Shown in pieces: positions 52,345-63,367 of a stretch of 64,000 nucleotides of DNA. This stretch comes from Candidatus Bathyarchaeota archaeon. Lineage in GTDB: Archaea > Thermoproteota > Bathyarchaeia > Bathyarchaeales > Bathycorpusculaceae. Made by a program: the position numbers and the translations under genes. The notes beneath the pieces are model-generated. The model did not search any database. It was not told the origin of the DNA and saw only the letters and a list, made by a program, of their open reading frames with translations. The stretch's first letter is position 1; each line of letters starts with the position of its first letter. Location: assembly GCA_963806535.1 (NCBI GenBank), contig CAWDYC010000003.1:224001-288000 (forward strand). Direction: 5' to 3'.

Positions 52345-52404
52345 AAAACCTAAACCCTTTTATTTTACTCAATAGCTTTTCAATAAAAATCAGAGGTAAA
52401 CAAA

Positions 52405-52584
52405 ATGGTAAAAATAGTTGTTGACCCCAAATGCACCGGATGCGAAACATGCGTAAACACTTGCCCTGTAGGCGTCTACGAAATCAAAGACGGCAAATCT
52501 ACACCAAGCAAAGTTAGCGAATGTTTGGTCTGCAGAGCATGTGAAGCTCAATGTCCTGAGGGTGCAATTCAGGTAATCGAGTAA
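52405..52584 (+). CDS. 2x[4Fe-4S] ferredoxin (59 aa), not in the ORF track
   Basis: CTGCETCVNTCP and CLVCRACEAQCP; GAGGT SD. Confidence 0.93.
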   Translation: MVKIVVDPKCTGCETCVNTCPVGVYEIKDGKSTPSKVSECLVCRACEAQCPEGAIQVIE

Positions 52585-53083
52585 ATCAAGCTTATATTGA
52601 ATTGCGCAAGCATTTCTCTCAATCGAAGTGAGAGATTAACCCCTTCTTTATTAAGTCAAAAATTCTTAGTCGCTATTTGCTATTTTTAAAAATTAGGGAA
52701 GTTAATCTTCTATATTTCTTAAGAACTGCATAATTTTTGCGATTTGCTGAATTGTATAACGATCAGTTTTTTGTTCTTCTTCTATGTTTTTGAGCGGAAT
52801 AATGTTAGGCATATGCAAAGTATTGGCTGCTTTTGTTATAACAATTATGTTGACAGCCTACTTCGAACTTCGAAGTGACGATAAAATCATCGCGAGACAA
52901 TTTAACACTTTCATGTAATTTTTGAGTGGCTTACACTAGCAGAATTCGATGATTCAATTCTACTTTTTCATCAAAACTATCGAAATATTTCGTTAAATTC
53001 AGCGCCGAAGACTTTTTAACGCAATTTCTGCGCGTAATCGTAAGTAAAAGATATATCCCCAATGATGATGCTTAATTGCGTTT

Positions 53084-53360
53084 ATGGCAGATAAAATTCA
53101 TTGTGCACACATACTAGTCAAAACAGAGACAGAAGCAAAAAACATTAAAACTCGACTTGATAAAGGCGAAAAATTCGGCTCAATAGCCAAAAACTGTTTC
53201 ACTTTGCCCATCTTCAAAGAACAGCGGGGACCTCGGCACTTTTACGAGGGGCAAGATGGTTAAAGAGTTTGAGAAAGCTGCCTTTGCGCTTGAGAAAGGA
53301 CAAACTTCTGAACCTGTTAAGACACAGTTTGGGTACCACATAATCAAACGGCTAGAGTAA
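53084..53360 (+). CDS. Parvulin-type peptidyl-prolyl isomerase, frameshifted
   Basis: [31 protein letters not shown]. Confidence 0.88.
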
Positions 53361-53450
53361 CCATCTGACATAAGCCAAACGTACCCGCTCACTAAGAATT
53401 GTCAGTAAACATTATTCGTAATAATGTCTTTAAAGAGTTAGTTGGATAAA

Positions 53451-54187
53451 ATGGGTAAACCAAGTTTTTCGCGTAATGAACAGTTGTTAACGCTCATTTG
53501 CGTTGGATTTCTTGTTGCTTTTTTATTTGTCACTTTTTTCAGAGGGAGCTTTCACCTATTTGACGTGGAAGTTAACGATTGGATTTCTTCAAGTCAATCG
53601 AGCCCATTGACAATAATAAATGAGGGATTTGCAGTTGTTTTTGATACTACATCGCTAGTTGTATTATCCTTGATAATTGCCGGTTATTTCTTCTTGAAGA
53701 ATTGCAGAGCACAGAGCTTGTTTCTTCTTAGGTGTTATGGGCGGAGATGCCTTAATTATTTCAATTGTTAAGAATTTGGTTGAGTCGCCTAGACCATCTA
53801 ATGGATTGGTTTTCTCTTCAGGGTTTTCTTTTCCAAGTGGTCATACAGCCGGCAGCATCGTTTTTTGTGGGGCCTTGGCTTTTTTTGCATGGCAACATTG
53901 GAAGAATGTTAGAGCGCGAGCTTCGATTGGAATAGGAGCTGTTGCAGTTTCATCTGCAGTTGGTTTCAGTCGGATTTATTTGAACGTTCACTGGTTCAGT
54001 GATGTAATTGGGGCGGGCATGCTTGGGGTTTTCTGGCTATTTGGCGCGGTTTTAGTGTTCAATCTCCTGCAGGATAGGGGTGAAGTTTGAATCTGAAGGT
54101 TTCCGCAGGATTTCTTTGCCTCTTTTTGTTCTGGCGATTGTGGTTAGTGTATTTATTGTTGCGGGGACTTTGATTTTTGGCTTGTAA
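53451..54187 (+). CDS. PAP2 family phosphatase, frameshifted
   Basis: K..V.SPRP, SFPSGH, SRIYLNVHWFSDV. Confidence 0.88.
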
Positions 54188-54274
54188 TTGATTAAAAGAT
54201 ATATCTTATTCAGACACATTTATATCCATAAAACCCCAGATAATCATTATAAACTAGAAAAAGAGAGAAAGTTT

Positions 54275-56388
54275 ATGGTAACAGTAAGAGACCCCGTATG
54301 CGGAATGGATGTAGACACAGAAACAGCGTTAAGCGCCAAAATAGGCGACCGAACCTACTACTTCTGCAGCCAACAATGCCTCGACGTCTACACCGCACCA
54401 GAACGTGAACTTAAAGCGATGCAACGAAGAGTTAGCTTCACTTTAGCAGGCGCAGTAGCAGCACTTGCCTTGAAAGTACTAACTCTGTTTGGACTAATCA
54501 CCGCAATAATGTATCTTGACGTTGTCGGGGGACTAAGAATTTACGACATAGCCATATTTATTGTGTCAACGCCTATTGTCTGGATAGCTGGCTACAGAAT
54601 ATACAAAGGAGCCTACCAGTCGCTCAGAAACCGCAATATCAACATGGATGTTCTCGTAACTGTCGGAGTTCTTGCAGGCTGGATATACGGAGTCATAAGC
54701 GTCTTTCTTCTGCCAACCACCGCTTCAACCAGGCACAGGTTACATGGAAGTAGCCATCGGCATCTTAGCCTTTGTCCTGCTCGGAAGATACATCGAAGAA
54801 TTAATTCGACGCCGATCAGCCGCTTCAATACGAAAACTGCTCGAACTTCAACCAACAATGGCTAGAGTCGTCAAAGATGGAAAAGAAACCGACATATCCA
54901 TAGATCAAGTCCAGGTAGGCGACATAGTTATTGTTAAAGCCAGGCGAAAAAATCCCCATCGACGGCACTGTAACTGCAGGTTACTCGTCGGTTGATGAGA
55001 AACTGCTCACAGGTGAAAGCATTCCTGTCGAGAAAACTGTCGGAAGCGAAGTAATCGGCGCCACAATCAACAAAACAGGGCTCTTAACTATCAAAGCCAC
55101 AAAAGTCAGCAGCGAAACTGCTCTGTCACAAATAGTTCATCTTGTTGAAGAAGCTCAAGCTTCGAGTGCTCCAGTCCAAAGATTTGCTGACCGAATTGTC
55201 AAGTGGTTTGTTCCAATTATTTTGTCGGTTGCAACGATTTCGTTTGTTTACTGGTTTGTGGCAAGTGGCAACTTTGCAACAGCATTTTTAGCGTTGCTGG
55301 CTGTGGTCTTAATTTCTTGCCCATGCGCTTTAGGCATAGCTACTCCGACAGCCATTCTTGCGGGTGTAGGAAAAGGTGCAGAATACGGCGTACTCCTTCG
55401 AAGTGGAGAATATGTTGAAAAAGCAAGAAAACTAACAACCGTCATATTCGACAAAACAGGCACTTTGACAAAGGGAGAACCAAGCGTAACCGACATCAAA
55501 ACCTACAGCAACTACACAGCACAAAGCGTATTGCAGTATGCAGGTGCAGCTGAGAAGGGCTCGGAGCATCCTTTGGCAGCAGCGATAGTTGCCAAAGCTG
55601 AAGCTGAAAAAGTTCCTATCCTTGAATCCGACAGTTTTGAGGCTTTACCCGGCAGAGGCGTCCAATGTACTGTCGAAGGAAAAGCTGTGCTGCTGGGAAA
55701 CCGCAAGTTGATGCAGGAAAAAAACGTCTCCATCAGCGAGTTAGAAGCTGACCTTACAGCGCTTGAAACACAAGGAAAAACCGTCATGATACTAGCCGTC
55801 GGTGGCCAAAGTGTCGGATTGATTGCAGCCATGGACACCGTAAAAGAGAGCGCCGCCGAAGCTGTTCAGCAATTGAAGGACATGAATTTGGAAGTTGCAA
55901 TGCTCACTGGGGACAACGAACGAACCGCCAACGCAATCGCCAACCAATTAGGCATTACAAAGGTTATTGCGAATGTTCTGCCATGGCAAAAATCAGAAGT
56001 CATCAAGCAACTGCAGAGTGAAGGAAAAATCGTTGCGATGGTTGGTGACGGAATAAACGATGCACCAGCGTTGGCTCAAGCCGACATTGGCATTGCAATT
56101 GGAAGCGGAACCGACATTGCCAAAGAAACAGGCGGTATAGTGCTCATAAAAGATGATTTGCGAGATGTGGCTTTAGGCGTTGAATTAAGCAAGAAGACAA
56201 TGCGTAAAATCGACACCAATCTGTTTTGGGCTTTTGCTTACAATGTGGTCATGATTCCAATCGCCGCCGCAGGCTTGCTAAATCCTATGTATGCGGCTGG
56301 AGCAATGGCAATAAGCAGCCTAACCGTGGTCAGCAATTCGGCGCTGCTGAAGTTGGCTAAGTTTAAATCAAACAAAGTAAATCAGTAA
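54275..56388 (+). CDS. copA: Cu(I)-type P1B ATPase with N-terminal YHS domain, frameshifted
   Basis: DPVCGM...YYFCS, TGES, CPC, DKTGT, SEHPL, GDGIND, YN, MAISS. Confidence 0.9.
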
Positions 56389-56403
56389 AATGTCTAATGT
56401 GAG

Positions 56404-56604
56404 GTGAAAATGAATATGGCTAAAGATCCAATTTGCGGAATGATGGTTGATGAGAAAAAAGCAAAATTCAAATCCGATTACAACGGCAAAACCTTCTACT
56501 TCTGCGCCGCCTCATGCAAAGCAACATTCGACAAAAATCCAGCAAAGTACGCTGGAACATCAGGAACACCAGGCGTTCATAGCTGCGGTTGCGGAGGACA
56601 CTAA
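56404..56604 (+). CDS. YHS-domain small metal-binding protein
   Basis: DPICGM...FYFCAASC, C-terminal HSCGCGGH. Confidence 0.88.
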   Translation: MKMNMAKDPICGMMVDEKKAKFKSDYNGKTFYFCAASCKATFDKNPAKYAGTSGTPGVHSCGCGGH

Positions 56605-56694
56605 ACCTTTAGTGTTGCTCTAACCGCCCATTTTCCTTTTTGATTCTCGCATGTTTTTCTATTGTTGCAAACTAACTTGTTAACGCCAAATTTT

Positions 56695-57339
56695 CTAAAA
56701 TGCACCCAACAGCACATGTTCAGCAAACAGGTCTTCATTGAAGGCTCCGACGAACTCAACTTTTTCGTTAATCACTATTTTTGGTACTCCAATAACATTA
56801 TATTTCATGGCTAAATCTGGAAACTCGCTGGTTTCTATAACGTCTGCTTTCACCAGGTCGCTTTCGATGGCTAATTTATGAGCTACTGCCGCGGCTGCAG
56901 GGCAATGTGGGCAGGTTAATGTCACGAAGACTTTGATGTGAACTGGAGATTTTACTTCTTTTAGAATGGATTTTGTTTTGTCTGAAAGGTCGGTTTGTCC
57001 TTTGGATACGTTGATGATTGCTTCAATTAAAGTTTGAAGTTCATACCCGTATGGTATGCCGTAAATTCTTACGCCATAATCCTTTTTGCCAATTATGGCT
57101 ATTGCAGGAATCTTGTCGATGCCGTATTCCTTGGCTTTTGCCGCATCAGCAACAAAATCATGAATCTCCGCAGTTATCTTGCTGTTAAGAGTTGCTAAGT
57201 CTTGGACTAGCTGCCGTGTGTCTGAGCAGAATCGGCATTCAATTTCTTGAGTAAACATTACAATTTTAACTGGGTCAACCAGTTTCGCATTAAAATCGTT
57301 TTTTAATAGTTCTTTTTTGTCATCAGGAATTAAACCCAT
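56695..57339 (-). CDS. Protein disulfide oxidoreductase (two thioredoxin folds)
   Basis: CRFC and CPHC, GIPYGYE, GVPK. Confidence 0.92.
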   Translation of the reverse strand: MGLIPDDKKELLKNDFNAKLVDPVKIVMFTQEIECRFCSDTRQLVQDLATLNSKITAEIHDFVADAAKAKEYGIDKIPAIAIIGKKDYGVRIYGIPYGYELQTLIEAIINVSKGQTDLSDKTKSILKEVKSPVHIKVFVTLTCPHCPAAAAVAHKLAIESDLVKADVIETSEFPDLAMKYNVIGVPKIVINEKVEFVGAFNEDLFAEHVLLGAF

Positions 57340-57509
57340 AAAACTCAGCTTCCTCGCCATTTTAACTTTGGCAAATCAACTAAATAAACAGATAATTCAG
57401 GCATATATTGATTTTTCATTTTTCAAAAATAGCTATAACGCTTTATTTCGCTTATCGAATAACGCAAATTTTAGATAGAACTTTGTGCTTCACTTAGTTT
57501 GCTTCTATT

Positions 57510-57619
57510 GACTTCAGAGTTTGACTTGTTTGCAGGTTGCGACTAGATTTGACTATTTTTGACTCTTTATGACTCAGACTTGCACTGAAATTTGACTGTA
57601 TTTCAGACTAGTTTTGACT
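57510..57619. repeat. Phased (T)GACT array
   Basis: GACT at 57510, 57523, 57541, 57551, 57561, 57571, 57577, 57594, 57606, 57616. Confidence 0.65.
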
Positions 57620-57873
57620 CATAATCACAAAGATATCAGAAAACTTCTGCAAACAACCGTCACTATACTCGCCTTAATTGAAAAGGTCACCTTCATACAT
57701 AAGCTTGCAGGATTTGAAAAAATGCAAATTTCAAAACTGCTTGCTGGAAACATGAAATTACGTCTAATTCGGATAAACAAGTTTTCATAAAATACCTCAA
57801 AATCACAATCAATATAAACTCTTGTAAACATTAAAAATGTGATTTTTGGCAATCTAAAATTGGAGCGAAAAAC

Positions 57874-58294
57874 TTGACAACCAAAATTTATGCAAACGCC
57901 AAGTTAATTGAAGGTTTTCAAATTCTCCTCGACGATAATGAGTCCCATAGCTACGTGGTTGATCTTGCGCCTGACCTTGGAACAGGGCTTGGATCTTCCT
58001 CTCTTGAACTTTGCGTAATGAGCCACGCAGGCTGTTATGCTACAATCTTTCTTTTAACAGCCAAGAAAATGCGTTTAGATAATTAAAGGGTTGAAAGTGA
58101 AACTGGAAGCCATAAAATCGGATGAAACAGGAACGATAAGCGAGGAAACCTTTGATATCAGCATTAAGACGGATGCACCACAGGACAGAATTGAACGTGC
58201 CCATAAATTAACGCTTGAAACTTGCCCTGTAGGAATACTTTTTGAGAAGGCAGGCGTTAAAGCAACCTATAAAGTAACTACAAGTAAGGAGTAA
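57874..58294 (+). CDS. OsmC/Ohr family protein, frameshifted near 58080
   Basis: SSLELCVMSHAGC...ETCPV. Confidence 0.8.
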
Positions 58295-58301
58295 ACAAGT
58301 T

Positions 58302-59489
58302 ATGGTTAATGTTGTTTTGAAAGAAGGAGTAAACTGGGTTGGAGCAGTCGACTGGAACATACGTGATTTCCATGGCTACAACACAAACAGAGGAAGCACA
58401 TACAATGCATACTTGATAAGAGACGAAAAAACAGCGCTCATAGACACCGTTAAGAACCAATTCTGTGATGACCTAATAGCGCATATTACTGAATTAACAA
58501 GCTTTGACAAAATCGATTACATAATAGTTAACCACGTCGAAATGGACCATTCAAGCAGCTTACCCACAATTGCCAAACTTGCAAAAAACGCCAAGATACT
58601 TGCTTCGGTCAGAGGCAAAGACGAGTTAATCAAACATTACGGTCACGACTTTGATGTGGTTGAAACTGTGAAAACTGGAGATGAGCTAAAGCTTGGAAAG
58701 AAGACTTTGCGGTTTTTGGAGGCACCTATGCTTCATTGGCCTGACAGCATGTTCACTTACGATGTTGAAGATAAAATTTTGTTGCCGAACGATGCGTTTG
58801 GTCAGCATCTTGCCAGTTCAGGGCGGTTTGATGATGAAGTAGACGAATGTGCCTTGATGGAAGAAGCCTCAATGTACTACGCCAACATCCTCATGCCATT
58901 TGCGCCACTCATCACACGCAAAATCCAAGAAGTTGTTGACATGAAAATCCCAATAGACATGATTGCCCCAAGTCACGGAATCATTTGGCGACGGGACCCA
59001 ATGAAAATCGTCAATGCCTACCTCAAGTGGAGTGCCGGTGAGAGCAAAAACAAGGTTGTCATAGTTTTTGATACTATGTGGCATAGCACAGACACGATGG
59101 CAAGAGCCATAGCTGACGGCATAATCAGCCAAGGCGTAGAAGCTAAACTCTACAAGCTACGCGCCTACAGCATTTCAGAAGCGATGACCGAAATCCTTGA
59201 TGCAAAAGCAGTTCTAGTTGGTTCTCCAACACTTAACAATGGAATGTTCCCAACGCTTGGTCAATTCCTAACTTACGCAACAGGATTGAAACCTAAAGGC
59301 AAGCTTTGGGGTTTCTTTGGTTCTTATGGTTGGGGAGGCGGAGCAGTGAAAGGAATGATTGAAATGGCGAAAAAGGCTGGGTTTGAAGTTTATGAACCAG
59401 GCGTCGAAGTGAAATTTGTTCCTGACCAAGAGGATTTGAAAAAATGTTTTGATTTTGGGCAGCAAATAGCCCAAAAAATCAAAGCCTAA
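58302..59489 (+). CDS. fprA: Flavodiiron protein (type A flavoprotein)
   Basis: HVEMDH, HWPD, NDAFGQH, PSHG, GSYGWGG. Confidence 0.95.
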   Translation: MVNVVLKEGVNWVGAVDWNIRDFHGYNTNRGSTYNAYLIRDEKTALIDTVKNQFCDDLIAHITELTSFDKIDYIIVNHVEMDHSSSLPTIAKLAKNAKILASVRGKDELIKHYGHDFDVVETVKTGDELKLGKKTLRFLEAPMLHWPDSMFTYDVEDKILLPNDAFGQHLASSGRFDDEVDECALMEEASMYYANILMPFAPLITRKIQEVVDMKIPIDMIAPSHGIIWRRDPMKIVNAYLKWSAGESKNKVVIVFDTMWHSTDTMARAIADGIISQGVEAKLYKLRAYSISEAMTEILDAKAVLVGSPTLNNGMFPTLGQFLTYATGLKPKGKLWGFFGSYGWGGGAVKGMIEMAKKAGFEVYEPGVEVKFVPDQEDLKKCFDFGQQIAQKIKA

Positions 59490-59494
59490 TTTTT

Positions 59495-60001
59495 TTATTG
59501 TATTTTCATGAATTTTTCTTTTGCGTGTAGCACAGATTGGGCATATATCAGGTGTTGAGCCTTCAAATGTGTTTCCGCAGACAGGGCAAACGTAATAGTC
59601 GGCTTTTGCAGGTTGCAGTTTTGTTTTTCAATGCATCAAGGGCTTTCTGGTAGAGGGCTGCATGGATTTGCTCAACCTTGTTTGCATAGTCAAAGCTGAT
59701 TTCAGCTTTTTTGTTTCCATCTTTTTTGGCTTCCTCGATAAATTCTGGGTACATTTTTTTGAACTCGTATGTTTCGCCAGATACTGGCTGTGCCCAAATT
59801 ATCAGTGGTTGATTTTACCTGCCCCATGACTTTCAGATGGTTTAGGGCATGGACGGTTTCTGCTTGAGCCGCTGCTTTAAACAACATAGCAATTTGGGGG
59901 AAGCCTTCTTCCTCTGCCTTCTTAGCGAAAGCCAAATACATCCTGTTTGCTTGGGATTCGCCTGCGAAAGCTGCTTTTAAGTTGTCATCAGTTTTAGTCA
60001 T
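59495..60001 (-). CDS. rbr: Rubrerythrin, frameshifted
   Basis: AFAGESQA, ETVHA, EQIH, C-terminal CPVCG...CPIC. Confidence 0.9.
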
Positions 60002-60067
60002 AAAATTCACTGGAAAATAGTAAACAAAAAGCAGGTAATAAGCTATACTAACTCGATATTGATTAGA

Positions 60068-61366
60068 TTATAAGTGCTTTTGATCTTCTTCGTTTCGGGT
60101 TAGGTTATTTTGTTTTTCTTTATTTTCTGTTTTACCTTTTTGAAAAAGCTCGTCAGAATTTGTTATCAAAAAGCCACAAAGTGCCGACAGTATTAATGAC
60201 ACAAGCATTATGAGCCAAGGAGTCGATAACTGATACATATCCAATGAAGATTTAACGACAACAATGTTGATGAACATTGGAACACTGATTGCAAAAACGG
60301 CTAAGGCTTGGTTCTTTTTTCTTACTGACATTATGCTGCCTGCAACTCCGAAAGCAAAAGATAATATCCCCAATAGTGCAAGCGGAAGCCAAGTAAACGT
60401 ATGCAAAGTGCCTTCTAACCCAATCAACCCCCAGTACAAGCTTATGACCGATGTGACTGCCAACAAGATACCTCCAAAAAATGGAAAGTTCCGATGCTTC
60501 AATAGTGAGGAATTATTCGCTTTCTTAGATCTGAAGGAATAGAATATCATGGCTGCAAAGGTTAACGCTGCGCCTACTGCAACTGCGTATATCCAGATGG
60601 GTTGGTTTGCGTTGTGGGAAAAACTAAAACCTGTTGATGTTGTGGTCCAGTAATCTTGTGAAACCTGAACATCAACGTAGGCCGTGGGGAACCAGGTTGA
60701 ACTGGTTGCTGAATAAATGCCAGGTGTTTGTGATTCTTCTGCTTTCACGCCATTGATGGTTACGTTTGCATTATGCACTATTTTCGGTACGTTAACAGGT
60801 CCTACTACTAGGCCGTTCTCAGGAAGCAACAGTTTAGTAACGTTTACCGATACTGCTACATTTCCTAAGCTGTCTGTGTCACGACTTATCAGAGAAACGT
60901 GGAAAGTGTCCCACCAAACCTGTACCCAGTTATTTGTAAAACCGTAAGCATTATTTGCTGAATCAACAAGACTTGAGTTCCATTCTCGTCCATCTGAAGT
61001 AATCAACTTAGTCGGCGTAAAAGCCAAAATATCAGCACTTGTTGAGGAATAATTAAAAGAGAAAAGACCAGACGTAGTATTAACCGATAAGGTGTCTATT
61101 ACCTTATCATTGCGATTGCTTACTTGAATTTTTGCGGTAGCATTTTGGATGTTTTGACCGCTATCGGAACCATAAGTCCACATTGCCTGAAAAGAAAGCG
61201 TTGCATTTCTACCGACGCTTGTATAGATCAATGAATTAGAAATTATGTCTGGCTTGACGGTTACGTAGTAGTTAGATTGGGTTTGAGCAGACACATCGTG
61301 AATAAAAATAGGCAGAACCAAGATAATTGCTATTAAAACTATCCAAGAAAGTGTCTTGTATTTCAA
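60068..61366 (-). CDS. Cell-surface protein with S/T-rich extracellular domain and C-terminal TMs
   Basis: Signal peptide, many N-x-S/T sequons, about five TMs. Confidence 0.75.
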   Translation of the reverse strand: MKYKTLSWIVLIAIILVLPIFIHDVSAQTQSNYYVTVKPDIISNSLIYTSVGRNATLSFQAMWTYGSDSGQNIQNATAKIQVSNRNDKVIDTLSVNTTSGLFSFNYSSTSADILAFTPTKLITSDGREWNSSLVDSANNAYGFTNNWVQVWWDTFHVSLISRDTDSLGNVAVSVNVTKLLLPENGLVVGPVNVPKIVHNANVTINGVKAEESQTPGIYSATSSTWFPTAYVDVQVSQDYWTTTSTGFSFSHNANQPIWIYAVAVGAALTFAAMIFYSFRSKKANNSSLLKHRNFPFFGGILLAVTSVISLYWGLIGLEGTLHTFTWLPLALLGILSFAFGVAGSIMSVRKKNQALAVFAISVPMFINIVVVKSSLDMYQLSTPWLIMLVSLILSALCGFLITNSDELFQKGKTENKEKQNNLTRNEEDQKHL

Positions 61367-61517
61367 ACCGATTTTTTCCCCTAATGTTTAGTTTTATGGA
61401 ACAAACTTCTCAATATACTTTTACTCATTATTTCAAGCAACCGAAGGATGCTTTTGATTTTAAGTAAAGTATATTAGTCGTTTTCTGCTTTGGTTTGTTT
61501 GATTTTTGGTGAATTTT

Positions 61518-62171
61518 ATGGAAAAAGTAAAATCATTTACTCTACCCAAACTACCATACGACTACAATGCTTTGGCACCCTACATTTCTGAGCAACAACT
61601 AAAACTCCACCATGACAAACACCACCAAGCCTACGTGAATGGTGCAAATGCAGCTTTTGAAAAAATAGATAAAGCACGAAGCGAAAACGCCGATGTCGAC
61701 ATGAAAGCCATGCTGAAAGAATTATCTTTCAATGTTGGCGGACACATTTTGCACAGTGCTTTCTGGGAAAACATGGCGCCAGCTGGCAAAGGCGGCGGAG
61801 GACAACCTGGCGGAGCTGTTGCCGACATGATTAACATGGGTTTTGGAAGTTTTGAGCGCTTCAAAAAGGAATTCACGATGGCTGCATCAAGCGTTGAAGG
61901 TTCAGGTTGGGCTGCATTAGCAGTTCAACCATGCATTGCAAGACCATTGATAATGCAAATTGAGAAGCACAATGTGAACGTTTTTCCAACATTTAATATT
62001 TTGATGGTTTTGGATGTTTGGGAACACGCCTACTACCTTGACTACAAGAATGAGCGACCAAAATTCATTGAAGCTTTCTGGAATGTTGTCAACTGGGAAA
62101 GAGTAAACAAAAATCTTAGGCCTCGTAAAATAAACACTAAAACTATCCAACTTTTTTGGCTTGGTTTTTAG
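61518..62171 (+). CDS. sod: Fe/Mn superoxide dismutase (C-terminus possibly frameshifted)
   Basis: [24 protein letters not shown]. Confidence 0.96.
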   Translation: MEKVKSFTLPKLPYDYNALAPYISEQQLKLHHDKHHQAYVNGANAAFEKIDKARSENADVDMKAMLKELSFNVGGHILHSAFWENMAPAGKGGGGQPGGAVADMINMGFGSFERFKKEFTMAASSVEGSGWAALAVQPCIARPLIMQIEKHNVNVFPTFNILMVLDVWEHAYYLDYKNERPKFIEAFWNVVNWERVNKNLRPRKINTKTIQLFWLGF

Positions 62172-62187
62172 TGCTTCCGACTCTTTT

Positions 62188-62852
62188 TTAGAGTTTACCT
62201 GTCTCTAGTTTTTTGAGCAAGTCACTTTGTCTTTTAATGTATCTTGTTGAAATGCCTTTCTGAAGGTAGATGGATACGGCAGCTATGCTTTTTGTTGGGT
62301 CATTTCTCATCAAAATAGAGTATAGATGGATCAGTTTTATTCCAACAGGATCTTTGGAAATCTGACCATTGGTTAATTTTAATGCAAGTGACAACAGCAT
62401 CATTAATCGAGCCGCCAGCAGCAACTATTCTAACTTCATCAAATTTTGCAAGACGCAAAAGGCTTATTGTGAGAAGCCGTTCCATGGTGGTTCCCCTGCT
62501 AACACTAATTGTTTGCTCAGCAATATCGGTCATTTCTTTTTCTTCTTGTTCAGCAAATTTAGAATAATCCCAAATCTGCTTTTGAGCGAGATACGCTGAA
62601 ATAGCAGTATGTTTTACCAAGAACTGGGATCTCGAGGTTTGCGATGCATATGTCATTAACGTATACTTTAGCGATTTCTGTTGCCATATTAATGGCTGAG
62701 CAAGTCAAAAACATGGAATCGTTTATTCCTATTACAGTTATTTCGCCGGTTTCTAGTATGCCTGATATTATTTTTTCAACTATGTCAGTTATTTTTAGCG
62801 AAACATCTGACGGTTGAATCACTATTACTTTGCCGTTTGGCTCTTGACTCAT
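62188..62852 (-). CDS. Tandem Alba-like protein, frameshifted
   Basis: Two repeats with GEITVIGINDSMFLTC and DEVRIVAAGGSINDAV, echoing the Alba EVxIxARGxAIxxAV motif. Confidence 0.5.
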
Positions 62853-62926
62853 AAGCGGTGCCTTAGCAGTTATTTGGAGCGTCTGCTAATATAATACTTG
62901 CCAGTTAAAATCAAAAAGTGCACCGA

Positions 62927-63256
62927 TTAAGGTGCTGGAGTTATTTTTATGGCTGCAGCTGGACACTGCATTTCGCAGGCAAGACATTGTATGCAGTCTT
63001 TTTCGCGGGCAGGGTCAGATTTGCGCTCTGAAAGCGGGTGCCCAGGAGAGTCAGCCCAATCGTATAATGAAACAGGGCAAACATCTATGCATACTCCGTC
63101 TCCAACACACGAATCCCAGTCAACAGCGCTGGTTGTTCCATGAATTCCGAGTTTTTGTGGGGCTTCAACAGGTCCCCAAACTTTGTGTCCGTTATGTTCG
63201 CCAACAACTTGGCGTTTGGTTTGAAAATCAGGGTCAATTGGCAAAAAATTCACCAC
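62927..63256 (-). CDS. zfx: Zinc-containing 7Fe ferredoxin
   Basis: IDPDF...GEHNGHKVWGPV...LGIHG extension; CVGDGVC and CIQCLAC..CP. Confidence 0.88.
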   Translation of the reverse strand: MVNFLPIDPDFQTKRQVVGEHNGHKVWGPVEAPQKLGIHGTTSAVDWDSCVGDGVCIDVCPVSLYDWADSPGHPLSERKSDPAREKDCIQCLACEMQCPAAAIKITPAP

Positions 63257-63367
63257 TAAAAATCAACAAAATCGATAATATTAGGGTTTCTGCAATTAAG
63301 TTTTTGTCCGCAAGACATTTTGGGATAACTATCTTATTCTATAATGGTTTGAATGGTTCAATACAAC

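Noticed and set aside
53062-53083. ATGATGA as a C box of a C/D sRNA
   Set aside because: No D box (CTGA) at a suitable distance; it is the leader of the parvulin gene.
57510-57619. CRISPR array
   Set aside because: The repeat is only 4-6 bp with ~10-bp period; no spacers and no cas genes.
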